From contig JAWXAQ010000005.1 of NCBI GenBank assembly GCA_034439575.1, positions 32,001-96,000 of the forward strand: a stretch of 64,000 nt of DNA, written 5' to 3'. Source of the DNA: Leptospira sp. GTDB taxonomy: Bacteria > Spirochaetota > Leptospiria > Leptospirales > Leptospiraceae. The notes beneath the pieces are model-generated. The model was not told the origin of the DNA. It saw only the letters and a program-made list of their open reading frames with translations, and ran no database searches. The position numbers and the translations under genes were made by a program. Positions 19,749-29,926 of the stretch are shown in pieces (within the stretch, counting starts at the first letter, position 1; the number at the start of each line of letters is the position of its first letter).

Positions 19749-20773
19749 TATTTGAATTTCTTGGCTATTTCAATATGTCTTATTCTTAATTGTGCTTTTG
19801 TAACGCCTTTGATTTCAGGCAATCTAACATGAAAAAATGGATCTCCACCGATTGTTTCCATCTCAATGGACTGGCCAACTATAGATTTTCCAGCCATCTT
19901 GAGTTCACTGATCACACCATAACTCATTTTATCTTTTGGCAATAAATCTTCAGCCCAAACAAATTCATGGGTATAAACATTTTTTCCTTTTGCATCAAAA
20001 AATTTTAAATGTTGTAAAGCAAGTCGGATGCGAGCTTGTTCTGTCGGGTCAATGCGAACTTCCGTTACATCAACTGCCTTTGGCAAGGTCAAATCGTAAT
20101 CTACCCATTCCCCTTTTTTATCAATTTGGATTTTGGAAGCAGATGCATTTTGATCCAAAGGTCCAGGTTCAACTTTGGACATAAAATATACTTTTACTTC
20201 TGTACTTAATAAATCAGGGTATTTTATCTTTCTATAAAGTATGGTGGATGAAATAGAAATGATTAGAAATAATACAAAACCACCTTGCAATCGCAGATAC
20301 AATTTTTGATTTGATAATGGAGTCTGTAACTCCGTCCTTTTCATTTTATTGAAAAAAGATTCAATAGATGCGAGTAAGGAATTTAACTTAGATTCTAAAT
20401 CTTCCAAATGGTTTAAGTCAGTACTAACTTCCGATTGTGCCAATGCTAAAACTTCGGGAAATTTTTCGTAGATTTTAATAAGAGTTTCATTGCCCAAAGT
20501 TTGAATGTCAGAAGACCAATCTTTTCCTAGGTTAGTTGATGGTTTGTTGCAATAAGCTAAACCAAGATTGACTAAATCCAAAGCTAACAGGCGAGAGATG
20601 ATGGTAGACTCTTCGATTTTTCCGTTCGCATTTAGTAATTCTACAGATTCCAAACGAGAAAATGCTTTTTCAAAAAGAGAAGATATTTGTGTTTTTTTCT
20701 CTTCTTTTCCAGCTTCTTCAGCGCTAAGTGTGGGTTTTTTAAAATTCAGTTTAAATAAATCAGAAATTGCCAT
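19748..20773 (-). CDS. Single-pass membrane hypothetical protein
   Basis: 341 aa, central TM helix, beta-rich C-terminal domain (VRIDP); stop overlaps the next GTG. Confidence 0.7.
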   Translation of the reverse strand: MAISDLFKLNFKKPTLSAEEAGKEEKKTQISSLFEKAFSRLESVELLNANGKIEESTIISRLLALDLVNLGLAYCNKPSTNLGKDWSSDIQTLGNETLIKIYEKFPEVLALAQSEVSTDLNHLEDLESKLNSLLASIESFFNKMKRTELQTPLSNQKLYLRLQGGFVLFLIISISSTILYRKIKYPDLLSTEVKVYFMSKVEPGPLDQNASASKIQIDKKGEWVDYDLTLPKAVDVTEVRIDPTEQARIRLALQHLKFFDAKGKNVYTHEFVWAEDLLPKDKMSYGVISELKMAGKSIVGQSIEMETIGGDPFFHVRLPEIKGVTKAQLRIRHIEIAKKFK

Positions 20774-20830
20774 AATTGTTCCAGTCTTTGCAGACTCTTA
20801 GAGAAACTACAGACAGTAAAGTAATTTTCT

Positions 20831-22366
20831 CTAACCTACTTGGATCTTAACGCCATCATCTGTTGTGCCCATCTTTGGAACACCCGAATGCCCAGTGGCC
20901 GCAATCAATATGGTAAATATGCCAACCCGACCAACATACATTACAAATGCATAAATTAATTTTTCAAAGTCTCCCAATTGGGAAGTTAAGTTTAGTGAAT
21001 AACCTACTGTCGAAAAGGAAGATACGAGTTCAAAAAAAATCACATGTAGAGCATGTTGATTTCCATCCATGATTCCAAGCAAAATAAAAGTTCCAGCTAA
21101 CGCGAGTGTGGCTAAAAAATACACACGTATGGCAATGGCTACAGAATTTTTCGAAATCACATCGCCAAATAACATAACTGGTTTTGAAGGTTGAATTACG
21201 TTTTTTAAATAGGCAAGTAGTAAGGCAAAAGTTGTAATTTTGATACCACCAGCTGTTCCTTGAGGACCACCACCGATAAACATCAGTACGGTGATAATTA
21301 TGATAGAGGCGTCTGACAAATTTCCAAAATCCATAGTGGCAAATCCAGCAGTCCTTGCACAAACGGAGACAAACAATGCATTGGCAAATTTTTCCCAAAA
21401 AGTCAAGGGATATAATGAATGTGGGTTTCCGCGTTCCAAAAAGTATACGCCTAAAGTACCAGCACTGACTAAAATAAGTGAGCCATATACTAAAAGTTTA
21501 GATTGAATGCGAGTGGATTCACCTTTCAAATGGCTATTGTAATTTTCAATTCTACCTTCAAGGTAAACAGATAAAACCGTGGGAACGAGTAATAATTTCG
21601 GAATCTCGCCTGTTTTGAGTGTTTTTTTCATCATCAGAGTTTCTGTAACAATTTCAATGCGATCAACGACTTGAAAGATAATGGTTAATAAAACTTTTTC
21701 GAGTAAAATGATGACTGGAAATCCAATCCCACCAAGAATCACAAGCCCACTAACAATGTAGAGACAAAGTGGTTCATGCCGAAAGACACTCAAGTCATCT
21801 AATATAGAAAATCCAGCATTGTTAAAAGCAGAGACTGCCGTAAACATAGAAAAAAACCATCTCGAATTGGAACCTTCTGCTCCATCTGGCATATGAATGT
21901 ATAGCCCAATGGCACCTAATAGTTCTAATACGATCGAAATATTGACAATGGATATAAGGATGCGATTGACTTCCCCTGTTTGCATAGAGCGAGAACTTGC
22001 CTCGTCTTTGTCGATCGCGGCAACGACAAAAGCATTGAACTTAGTATTTCTAGAAATCCCTTTTACGATTAGGAACCCTATGATTACCGTAAAACTGATA
22101 ATCCCGAGACCACCAACTTGGATGAGTAACATGATGATCCAATGTGTGGAATGATTCAATGCACTGAGAGCTACTGGCGAAAGACCAGTCACACAAATGG
22201 CGGAAGCCGATAGGTAAAAGGAATCGATATAGGAAATTTCGCCCGATTCATTGGCATAAATACAGACGGATCCGATAAAGATTGCCGTTAAAAAACCAAG
22301 GCAAACTACTCGGGCAAAGGACATGGTGCGAAAAAATCGCCTAAGACGTGATAAAGTCATATCCAA
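20831..22366 (-). CDS. TrkH/KtrB-family potassium uptake membrane protein
   Basis: Pore loops SAICVTG, SAFNNAGF, ARTAGF, FSTVG; GGIK, GRVG. Confidence 0.92.
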   Translation of the reverse strand: MDMTLSRLRRFFRTMSFARVVCLGFLTAIFIGSVCIYANESGEISYIDSFYLSASAICVTGLSPVALSALNHSTHWIIMLLIQVGGLGIISFTVIIGFLIVKGISRNTKFNAFVVAAIDKDEASSRSMQTGEVNRILISIVNISIVLELLGAIGLYIHMPDGAEGSNSRWFFSMFTAVSAFNNAGFSILDDLSVFRHEPLCLYIVSGLVILGGIGFPVIILLEKVLLTIIFQVVDRIEIVTETLMMKKTLKTGEIPKLLLVPTVLSVYLEGRIENYNSHLKGESTRIQSKLLVYGSLILVSAGTLGVYFLERGNPHSLYPLTFWEKFANALFVSVCARTAGFATMDFGNLSDASIIIITVLMFIGGGPQGTAGGIKITTFALLLAYLKNVIQPSKPVMLFGDVISKNSVAIAIRVYFLATLALAGTFILLGIMDGNQHALHVIFFELVSSFSTVGYSLNLTSQLGDFEKLIYAFVMYVGRVGIFTILIAATGHSGVPKMGTTDDGVKIQVG

Positions 22367-22445
22367 TGGTTCTCTTAATAAATCCTAGGATTTAGCCTGC
22401 CATAAAAAGCCCAAGTACTTTACAAAACAGCTCAATTTGGGAATT

Positions 22446-22454
22446 TGGTAGAAT
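22446..22454 (+). promoter_or_regulatory. Possible extended -10 promoter of fusA
   Basis: TG-G-TAGAAT upstream of fusA. Confidence 0.4.
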
Positions 22455-22490
22455 CACAACGAATATTTATATAATATTTTCGGGGAAACT

Positions 22491-24608
22491 ATGACCTCAA
22501 CCACCGCCACAAAACGCGATCCAAAACTAGAGAAAATCCGTAATATCGGAATTTCAGCCCATATTGACTCGGGTAAAACTACCCTTACAGAACGTATTTT
22601 ATTCTATACGAACAAAATCCATGCCATCCACGAAGTTCGTGGTAAAGACGGTGTGGGTGCGACGATGGATAGTATGGATCTGGAAAGAGAAAGGGGTATC
22701 ACGATCCAGTCTGCAGCTACGTATTGCACTTGGAAAGATATCTCCATCAACATCATTGATACCCCAGGCCACGTAGATTTTACGATCGAAGTAGAAAGAT
22801 CTCTCAGAGTTCTGGATTCTGCGATTATGGTTCTTTGTGGTGTGGCAGGTGTGCAATCCCAGTCGATCACAGTTGACCGTCAGATGAAACGATACGGTGT
22901 GCCTCGCGTTGCCTTTATCAACAAACTCGATAGAACTGGTGCCAACCCATGGCGAGTGATTGAACAACTCAGAGAGAAACTTTTTCTAAATGCTCACGCA
23001 GTACAGCTTCCCATTGGTCTAGAAAACGATCTACTTGGGATCGTAGACTTAGTAGAAATGAAGGCGTATTATTTTGAAGGTCCGAATGGACAAGACATCA
23101 AAATTACTGACATCCCTGCTGAAATGTTAGAACTCGCGAATGAAAAACGAGAAGCACTTCTTGATGCCGTTTCCTTATTTAGTGATGAACTCACGGAAGA
23201 AATGTTAGAAGGAACAGTTACGGAAGCACGCGTTAAAGAAGCGATCAGACGTGGTGTGATAGCACTTAAATTTGTTCCCGTATTTATGGGTTCCGCTTTT
23301 AAAAACAAAGGCGTACAAAAATTGTTAGACGGTGTTTCTGATTACCTAGCTTGTCCTTACGATATCGTAAACAAGGGTAAGGAACTCGGAAACGAAGAAA
23401 ACGAAGTGATAATGGATTCAGATCCAGAAAAACCACTCGTTTGTCTAGCTTTCAAATTGGAAGATGGAAGGTATGGTCAGTTAACTTATGTTCGAGTTTA
23501 CCAAGGTAGACTTGAAAAAGGTATGACGATCTATAATTCATCAAATAACAAACGTCATAATATTGGTCGTCTTGTGCGCATGCACTCAAACGATATGGAA
23601 GACATCACCAAAGCAGAAGCAGGCGATATCGTAGCTCTATTTGGAATTGATTGTGCTTCTGGAGATACTTTCACAGACGGTAAAGCGAAAGTGACTATGG
23701 AATCAATGTTTGTTCCTACTCCAGTAATTTCACTTACAATCGAATGTAAAGAATCAAAACAACTTCCAAACTTAGCCAAAGCTCTTAACCGTTTCACAAA
23801 AGAAGATCCTACCTTCCAAACAGAAATGGACAAAGAATCAGGCCAAACCATCATCAAAGGTATGGGTGAACTTCACTTGGAAGTTTATATCGAACGTATG
23901 AAACGTGAGTATGGTGTGGATCTGGTAACTGGTGCTCCTCAGGTGGCGTATCGTGAAACCATCACTAAAGAAGCAGAGTTTGATTACACTCATAAAAAAC
24001 AAACGGGTGGACAGGGACAATTCTCGCGCGTTGCAGGATTTATGGAACCGATTCCTTCTGAAGAAGGAAAGGATTACGAATTCGTTGATAAAGTCGTCGG
24101 TGGATCTATCCCTCGCGAATACATCGGATCTTGTGATAAAGGATTTCGTTCTTGTTTGGAAAGAGGATCACTGATTGGCTTCCCAATTATCGGAGTTCGT
24201 TGCGTCATCAATGACGGAGCTTATCATGATGTGGATTCATCTGATATGGCCTTCCAAATTGGTGCTCGTTATGCCTTCCGACAAGGATTTCAAAAAGCGG
24301 CTCCCCTCATTCTTGAACCTATCATGAAAGTGGATGTAGAAGGACCGACTGAATTCCAAGGGGCGATCCTTGCTTCTATCAACCAAAGACGAGGTATGAT
24401 CTTAAACACAACAGAAGAGAATGGCTATGCAAAAATTGAAGCAGAAGTCCCTCTTGCTGATATGTTCGGGTATTCTACAGTTCTTAGATCTTCTACACAA
24501 GGTAAGGCGGAATTTGCTATGGAATTTTCTAAGTATTCCCCAGTTCCAAGAAACGTAGCAGAAGAATTGATGAAAAAATACAAAGTCAATAGCAGAGACG
24601 AAGAATAG
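22491..24608 (+). CDS. fusA: Elongation factor G, spirochete EF-G1 type
   Basis: [41 protein letters not shown]. Confidence 0.98.
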   Translation: MTSTTATKRDPKLEKIRNIGISAHIDSGKTTLTERILFYTNKIHAIHEVRGKDGVGATMDSMDLERERGITIQSAATYCTWKDISINIIDTPGHVDFTIEVERSLRVLDSAIMVLCGVAGVQSQSITVDRQMKRYGVPRVAFINKLDRTGANPWRVIEQLREKLFLNAHAVQLPIGLENDLLGIVDLVEMKAYYFEGPNGQDIKITDIPAEMLELANEKREALLDAVSLFSDELTEEMLEGTVTEARVKEAIRRGVIALKFVPVFMGSAFKNKGVQKLLDGVSDYLACPYDIVNKGKELGNEENEVIMDSDPEKPLVCLAFKLEDGRYGQLTYVRVYQGRLEKGMTIYNSSNNKRHNIGRLVRMHSNDMEDITKAEAGDIVALFGIDCASGDTFTDGKAKVTMESMFVPTPVISLTIECKESKQLPNLAKALNRFTKEDPTFQTEMDKESGQTIIKGMGELHLEVYIERMKREYGVDLVTGAPQVAYRETITKEAEFDYTHKKQTGGQGQFSRVAGFMEPIPSEEGKDYEFVDKVVGGSIPREYIGSCDKGFRSCLERGSLIGFPIIGVRCVINDGAYHDVDSSDMAFQIGARYAFRQGFQKAAPLILEPIMKVDVEGPTEFQGAILASINQRRGMILNTTEENGYAKIEAEVPLADMFGYSTVLRSSTQGKAEFAMEFSKYSPVPRNVAEELMKKYKVNSRDEE

Positions 24609-24635
24609 TCTTCTTCAGCGTGATATGATTTTTGG

Positions 24636-24660
24636 AAAGGCGGGTTCTCCCGCCTTTTTT
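24636..24660 (+). terminator. Intrinsic terminator of fusA
   Basis: AAAGGCGGG-TTCT-CCCGCCTTTTTT. Confidence 0.88.
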
Positions 24661-24727
24661 ATTGCCTTAACGATTTTACAAACAGAAAGGATGGATTACT
24701 TTCCGAAAAATCATAGGTCTTGGTCGA

Positions 24728-25438
24728 ATGTATGTCGATATTATAAGGGCGATTGGCGTATTATCTATGAATCCTTTTCAGATTATTTTTTATGTAATTT
24801 TTACGATTTTCATTTTTCCTTTAAGTCCGATGTTCGCAAAACAAATTGGAAAAGAAAAAACAGAAAGTAATAAAAATAGCAAAACCTATCGCGTGCAAGC
24901 AGGTGATAGTTGGTGGGGAATTGCCAAAAAATTCCACCTGAGTGTTTCTGAATTAACATCCCTTAATGGTCGGACTGAAAAAGAAGCCCTCTTCCAAAAT
25001 GAATTGCTTAGAATTTCAGGACAAAGTGTATCCAAAGAAGAATTCAAAAATTTTAAACCAAAAGAAAGACCAAATTACCCTCTCCCCTTAAAAGAAAAAA
25101 TTGAACATGCCTATTCTGAAATCACACACCAACCCAGGAAGGGAATTGAATTTGCCAAAGTGAATTCAGCTTGGGTACGAGCCACTCTCCCTGGAAAAGT
25201 GATAGGTATCGATTATATGGATGGATATGAAAACTACGTCATTTTGGAACATGAAAATGGATGGTTTTCTGTTTACGGGAATCTAGAAAGAGTCCAAGTA
25301 GTGGAAGGACAAACGCTTTCCGCAAAAGAAAGAATCGGTACTCTCACAAAAAATCGTGGCCTCTATTTTCAAGTGAACCAAAATAAAAATGTCGTGAACC
25401 CTTCCTTATTTCTCCAAGACGGATTTAATCTAGAATGA
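24728..25438 (+). CDS. LysM + degenerate M23 domain protein (NlpD-like)
   Basis: YRVQAGDSWWGIA LysM; M23 fold with Zn ligands replaced (RKGIE, GLYFQ); true start may be ATG 24767. Confidence 0.85.
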   Translation: MYVDIIRAIGVLSMNPFQIIFYVIFTIFIFPLSPMFAKQIGKEKTESNKNSKTYRVQAGDSWWGIAKKFHLSVSELTSLNGRTEKEALFQNELLRISGQSVSKEEFKNFKPKERPNYPLPLKEKIEHAYSEITHQPRKGIEFAKVNSAWVRATLPGKVIGIDYMDGYENYVILEHENGWFSVYGNLERVQVVEGQTLSAKERIGTLTKNRGLYFQVNQNKNVVNPSLFLQDGFNLE

Positions 25439-26676
25439 CTAGTTTACGAATCATTAATGCACTGATTTCAGAAAATGGAATCCTTCAAAATGTCAATTTA
25501 GATATCAATGATACATTGATAGAATCTATTTCGCCTAACACCGCAAACAAAAATCTAGATTTAAATGAAAAAATTCCGCAAATTGATTTAGAAGGAAAAA
25601 TCCTCTATCCAGGTTTTATCAATTCACATGATCATTTACTCGCAAGTTTTTTACCCAAAGTTGGGGGCACAAACAAACTTGTTTCTTGGCTAGCGTATGA
25701 CAATTTATATAAATCATCTGCTGTTTTTGCTGAAAGACAACAGATCGACATAGAGTTATTATACTATTTAGGTGCGTATAAAAATTTATTTGCAGGTGTC
25801 TCAAGTGTTCACGATCATATCCCACATCATATCCAATCGCCTTTCCTTTCTTCTCTGCCTATAAAATTGCTGAGTGAGTATTATCTCTCCCACTCCATTG
25901 GAAATTATAGTTTAGGATGGGGTGAGGGTGCGGCTCTTGAATACAAACTCGCAGAACAAAATAACAAACCTTATGTGACTCATCTAGGTGAAGGTATAGA
26001 CGAAGATTCTATAAGTTCACTAAGGAAATTGGAAAAAGCGGAAGCTCTTGGTCCCAATTGTGTACTGGTTCATTGTTTACCATTTGGACCGAGAGAAGTT
26101 GAAATAATTGCAAAGGCAGAAGCCTCTGTCGTATGGTGCCCTACTTCTAATTTACATATTTATGGAAAGACCACGAATATAAAATTATTTATGGATGCGG
26201 GGATTAATATTTGCTTAGGAACTGATTTTTCTCCTTCAGGTTCTACCAATTTACTAGAAGAATTGAAGTTTGCTAAATCAATTTTTCATGAATTGTATGA
26301 TGAAGACATTGATGATCGTATTCTTTTGGATTGGATTACGAAAAATCCATCGAAAGCATTCAAATCACCTAATATAGGTTCTATCGCTACAAATTCATCA
26401 GCCGACTTTGTGATTTTCGAAAGTCACCCTAAAGGATCAGAAATTTCAATATCTAATCAAAGTTCGAAACAAATTGATTTGATGATCGTAGACGGAAGTC
26501 CGAGACTGGCATCTTCGAAGTATAAGAAACTTTTTTCTGACCTATCCATTGAATATGAAGTCATACAAATTGATGGTGTAGAAAAAATAATCGCAGGATC
26601 TCCCTTGTCATTATTAAACCAAGTTTCTGCCAGTATAGGGTATAAAAAGGAATTGGCTTTTTTACCTATTTTTTAA
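25435..26676 (+). CDS. Metal-dependent amidohydrolase, deaminase-like
   Basis: PGFINSHDH, HLGE (HxxE), VHC, WCPTSN, LGTD. Confidence 0.88.
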   Translation: MTSLRIINALISENGILQNVNLDINDTLIESISPNTANKNLDLNEKIPQIDLEGKILYPGFINSHDHLLASFLPKVGGTNKLVSWLAYDNLYKSSAVFAERQQIDIELLYYLGAYKNLFAGVSSVHDHIPHHIQSPFLSSLPIKLLSEYYLSHSIGNYSLGWGEGAALEYKLAEQNNKPYVTHLGEGIDEDSISSLRKLEKAEALGPNCVLVHCLPFGPREVEIIAKAEASVVWCPTSNLHIYGKTTNIKLFMDAGINICLGTDFSPSGSTNLLEELKFAKSIFHELYDEDIDDRILLDWITKNPSKAFKSPNIGSIATNSSADFVIFESHPKGSEISISNQSSKQIDLMIVDGSPRLASSKYKKLFSDLSIEYEVIQIDGVEKIIAGSPLSLLNQVSASIGYKKELAFLPIF

Positions 26677-26701
26677 AAATGAAACGCTAAAGAGGAATAC
26701 C

Positions 26702-27757
26702 TTGTCTGGCCCTATCGTTCGAAATTACAAAGGCGGTTCGATTGTCTACTTTGAGAAAGACAAGGCGGAAGATATTTTTGTCCTTCAAAAAGGCAGAGTA
26801 GTTCTTACATTCACAAACATCAATGGCGTAGAGTTAAAAGAAGATGTCAAACTCGGTGAGTTCTTTGGCGTCAAAAGTGCCATAGGAAGATACCCCAGAG
26901 AAGAAACAGCCCAAGTGATTGGAGCTGCGACCGTTCTCGTTTTTAAGGTACCTGAATTTGAAAAATTCGTCGGGGATAAAACTCACCTCATTATCAAAAT
27001 GCTCAAGGTCTTCTCTAGCCAATTGCGACAAGTTCATAGACAAGTCAGAGAAATTTTAGGCCAAGGGGAAGCGAAAAACCCTGCCTTTGAATTAATGAAT
27101 GTTGCGGAAGTTTTTTATAAAAATGGAAATTACGAACACGCTGCCTATGCATTCAATCAGTATCTTAACCATTATCCTGACGGTATGTATTTGGATAGGG
27201 CAAAACAATTACAAGACCTTGCCACCAAACGCACACCATTCCCTCTCACTATACCTGAGTTAGTCTACAAGCCTGAGCCTGGTGCGAATTCTGGCAAACT
27301 CCAAGAGATGTTAAAAACTGTACCATCCTCAAAAGATAGACCGACTTCAACAGTTGATCCAAACTCCATACAGTCGTTATTTGATCGTGCTTCGACTTTG
27401 TTCAATGCATTAAAATATGAAGAAGCGGCTGAGATTTATAAAACTCTTTCTAGCAGAACAGATTCTGTGACGCAAGAAGAAGAACAAATGGTTGAAAATT
27501 CATTATTTATGTTAGGGAAAGTTCTATACAAATCAAAAGATCACCCTGGAGCCATTGGTTTATTTTCAAATTTTATCAAAAAATATCCTAAAGGCCAATT
27601 ATTGAAGGAAAATCTTTACCACCTAGCACTCGCTACTGAGGCGAATGGGGAAAAAGACAAAGCCATACAGTTTTTCCAAAAAGTAGTGAGCATTCCCCCA
27701 CTCGATGATAGCATTTCCGAAGATGCGAAGAAAAAACTCAAAGGAGGCAAATCATGA
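26702..27757 (+). CDS. Cyclic-nucleotide-binding domain + TPR protein
   Basis: N-terminal cNMP fold (GEFFG..PREETA); C-terminal TPR helices with YP turns. Confidence 0.87.
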   Translation: MSGPIVRNYKGGSIVYFEKDKAEDIFVLQKGRVVLTFTNINGVELKEDVKLGEFFGVKSAIGRYPREETAQVIGAATVLVFKVPEFEKFVGDKTHLIIKMLKVFSSQLRQVHRQVREILGQGEAKNPAFELMNVAEVFYKNGNYEHAAYAFNQYLNHYPDGMYLDRAKQLQDLATKRTPFPLTIPELVYKPEPGANSGKLQEMLKTVPSSKDRPTSTVDPNSIQSLFDRASTLFNALKYEEAAEIYKTLSSRTDSVTQEEEQMVENSLFMLGKVLYKSKDHPGAIGLFSNFIKKYPKGQLLKENLYHLALATEANGEKDKAIQFFQKVVSIPPLDDSISEDAKKKLKGGKS

Positions 27758-28398
27758 ATGACCAAATGTTAGAAGCAATGTTTGGAAAGTTTGGGAAAGT
27801 TTATGAACCAAATGATGTGCTCTTTTGTGAATATGAACCTGGTAATGATTTCTATTTGATCAAAGAAGGTAAGGTTAAAATCACAAAGACGATAGGAAAC
27901 TCGATCAAAACCTTAGACATATTAGAATCAGGTGATATTCTAGGAGAAATGGCAATTTTAGAGGAACAACCTCGCTCTGCTACCGCCATTGCCGTAACAG
28001 AAGTTAAAGCACTCAATTTCAACCGTGCCAACTTTGAAATGCTTATGACAAAAAATCCAGCCTTGGCTATGAAACTTTTGCACATATTTTCATCGAGAAT
28101 CTATGATCAAAAACGTAGATTGATGATACTACTTATGGATGATATGATTGGAAAAGTCTGTGATGTGTTTGTTATGTTATACGAAAAACAATACACAAAC
28201 GACACATATAATGAAATTATACTCAATGCATCTGTTGATGATATTGCCAATTGGTGCGGACAGCCAGTCGGTGAAGTACAGAAAGTGATCATGCAATTTG
28301 TGAAAACTGGCAAATTAGATTTATATCCAGATAAAATAGTTATTCACAATATCAACGATTTCCAAAGGATTGTGAATCAGAAACGTAAACCTACGTAA
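27754..28398 (+). CDS. Crp/Fnr-family cNMP-binding protein
   Basis: [19 protein letters not shown] phosphate-binding cassette; C-terminal HTH-like region. Confidence 0.9.
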   Translation: MNDQMLEAMFGKFGKVYEPNDVLFCEYEPGNDFYLIKEGKVKITKTIGNSIKTLDILESGDILGEMAILEEQPRSATAIAVTEVKALNFNRANFEMLMTKNPALAMKLLHIFSSRIYDQKRRLMILLMDDMIGKVCDVFVMLYEKQYTNDTYNEIILNASVDDIANWCGQPVGEVQKVIMQFVKTGKLDLYPDKIVIHNINDFQRIVNQKRKPT

Positions 28399-28404
28399 AT
28401 CTTC

Positions 28405-28477
28405 GCTCCCGTAGCTCAGGTGGATAGAGCACTAGTTTCCTAAACTGGGGACACAGGTTCGAATCCTGTCGGGGGCA
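28405..28477 (+). tRNA. tRNA-Arg(CCT), CCA not encoded
   Basis: Cloverleaf: GCTCCCG/CGGGGGC acceptor, D-loop with A20, CTAGT-TTCCTAA-ACTGG anticodon arm, GGTTCGAATCC T-arm. Confidence 0.96.
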
Positions 28478-28478
28478 A

Positions 28479-29396
28479 ATGCTCATGACAGAACCAACAA
28501 ACATCTTACACTTCTTAAAAAAATCCACAGAATTTCTCAGTAAGAAAGGCATACCTTCGGCACGCATTGATGCGGAGTGGATACTTTCTGATTTGTTATC
28601 ACTTCCCCGAATCAAACTATACTCTCAGTTCGAAATGCCTCTTAGCGAAACAGAGATAAAAATTTATCGAGAGCGGATCATGGAAAGGGGCAAAAAGAAA
28701 CCAGTTGCCTATATCATTGGCAAAAAAGGATTTTACCATTATGAATTTTTCGTCAACGAACATGTATTAATACCAAGACCCGAAACTGAAGAGTTAGTTG
28801 ATTTCATTTACAAAAATAGAACTACAATTCTAAAAGATTTCATAATTGAAAAAAATTCTGAACCACAAACCCAAAGCACCAAACCAATTTTAGTTTGGGA
28901 TCTTTGTTCGGGTAGTGGTTGTATCGGAATCAGTATCGCTAAACTTCTTCCAAATTCAATCATTACTCTAACTGATATTTCCGAAGAAGCACAAACTATT
29001 TCAAAACAGAATGCTACGAGCTTAGAAGTCATAGAACGATGTCATTTTTTTACTTCAGATTTAGATAAATCATTACCCACTGAACATAAGTTTGATTTGA
29101 TTCTATGCAATCCACCCTACATACCTATGCATGAAAAAACGGAAATTATGAGTGATGTATTGGATTTTGAACCTCACTTAGCTCTTTTCGTAGAAGATTT
29201 TGTAGCTTTCCATAAGGAATTATTAAAAATAATTTGGCAAAGATTAAATCCGTCAGGCTTTATCATGATGGAAACCCATCCGGAATATATTCACGAATTA
29301 GAAAAAATAGGAAACGAACTTGGATTTCATAATATTTCTAAAATTAAGGATAGTTCCAATAAAGAAAGATTTTTGATAGGAACAAAACCAAATTAA
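28479..29396 (+). CDS. prmC: Release factor glutamine methyltransferase
   Basis: PVAYIIG, VLIPRPETE, DLCSGSG, NPPY, EPHLAL; start ATG 28479 or 28485. Confidence 0.96.
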   Translation: MLMTEPTNILHFLKKSTEFLSKKGIPSARIDAEWILSDLLSLPRIKLYSQFEMPLSETEIKIYRERIMERGKKKPVAYIIGKKGFYHYEFFVNEHVLIPRPETEELVDFIYKNRTTILKDFIIEKNSEPQTQSTKPILVWDLCSGSGCIGISIAKLLPNSIITLTDISEEAQTISKQNATSLEVIERCHFFTSDLDKSLPTEHKFDLILCNPPYIPMHEKTEIMSDVLDFEPHLALFVEDFVAFHKELLKIIWQRLNPSGFIMMETHPEYIHELEKIGNELGFHNISKIKDSSNKERFLIGTKPN

Positions 29397-29842
29397 GAAC
29401 TGATATAATTTTCAATTGCCGTTCTAATTTTGAAACTCAAAAAATATAAAGTCTTTTCATCTTCGTTTGTTAGTTGCTTTTTAAAAATTTGATCCGCTTC
29501 AATGACAATAGGAACTCCTTTTTCCCAATTCTCCGTTCCTTTTTTCGTCATAAAAATACCATAAGATCTCTTATCTTCAGAAGAAATCTTTCTTTTTACC
29601 CAACCTTTTTCTTCCCAATTATCGACTAACCTTGATATGGTAGTTTTATCTCTGACCAATTGTTCGCTCAGAACTTTTTGAGTGATCCCTGCACTTAATA
29701 CGACGGGCATTAATTGCATCCAATCTTCAAATCGTAAGGTTGGTAATTTTTTTTCAAATTGTTGCGTTAAATATTTTCGCATCAAAAGCAAGGTTTCGCT
29801 TAAATGTATGCCCAAATAGGAGGAAAAAGGATTCACGAACAT
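29393..29842 (-). CDS. MarR-family transcriptional regulator
   Basis: ITQKVLSE..DKTTISRLVD..GWV.R....DKR winged helix. Confidence 0.92.
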   Translation of the reverse strand: MFVNPFSSYLGIHLSETLLLMRKYLTQQFEKKLPTLRFEDWMQLMPVVLSAGITQKVLSEQLVRDKTTISRLVDNWEEKGWVKRKISSEDKRSYGIFMTKKGTENWEKGVPIVIEADQIFKKQLTNEDEKTLYFLSFKIRTAIENYISS

Positions 29843-29895
29843 AAATTTTCATATAATAATTAAATTTTCAATAACTTTTTTAGTTGCATAATACA

Positions 29896-29926
29896 TCCAT
29901 ATAGTTGTATAATGCAACTATATGGA
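29896..29926. promoter_or_regulatory. Perfect 12-7-12 inverted repeat, probable MarR operator, enclosing a TATAAT
   Basis: TCCATATAGTTG-TATAATG-CAACTATATGGA between divergent marR and hydrolase genes. Confidence 0.8.

Noticed and set aside
22564-24174. Multiple short ORFs within fusA (likewise within cysK, mdh and etfAB)
   Set aside because: Shadow ORFs typical of codon-biased, highly expressed genes
24625-24870. 81-aa ORF after fusA
   Set aside because: Runs through the terminator and overlaps the LysM gene out of frame
28405-28477. tRNA as an integration site
   Set aside because: No integrase nearby and no duplicated tRNA 3' end seen in the window
28391-28615. 74-aa minus ORF containing PRQDSNL
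   Set aside because: Antisense translation of tRNA-Arg and the prmC 5' end
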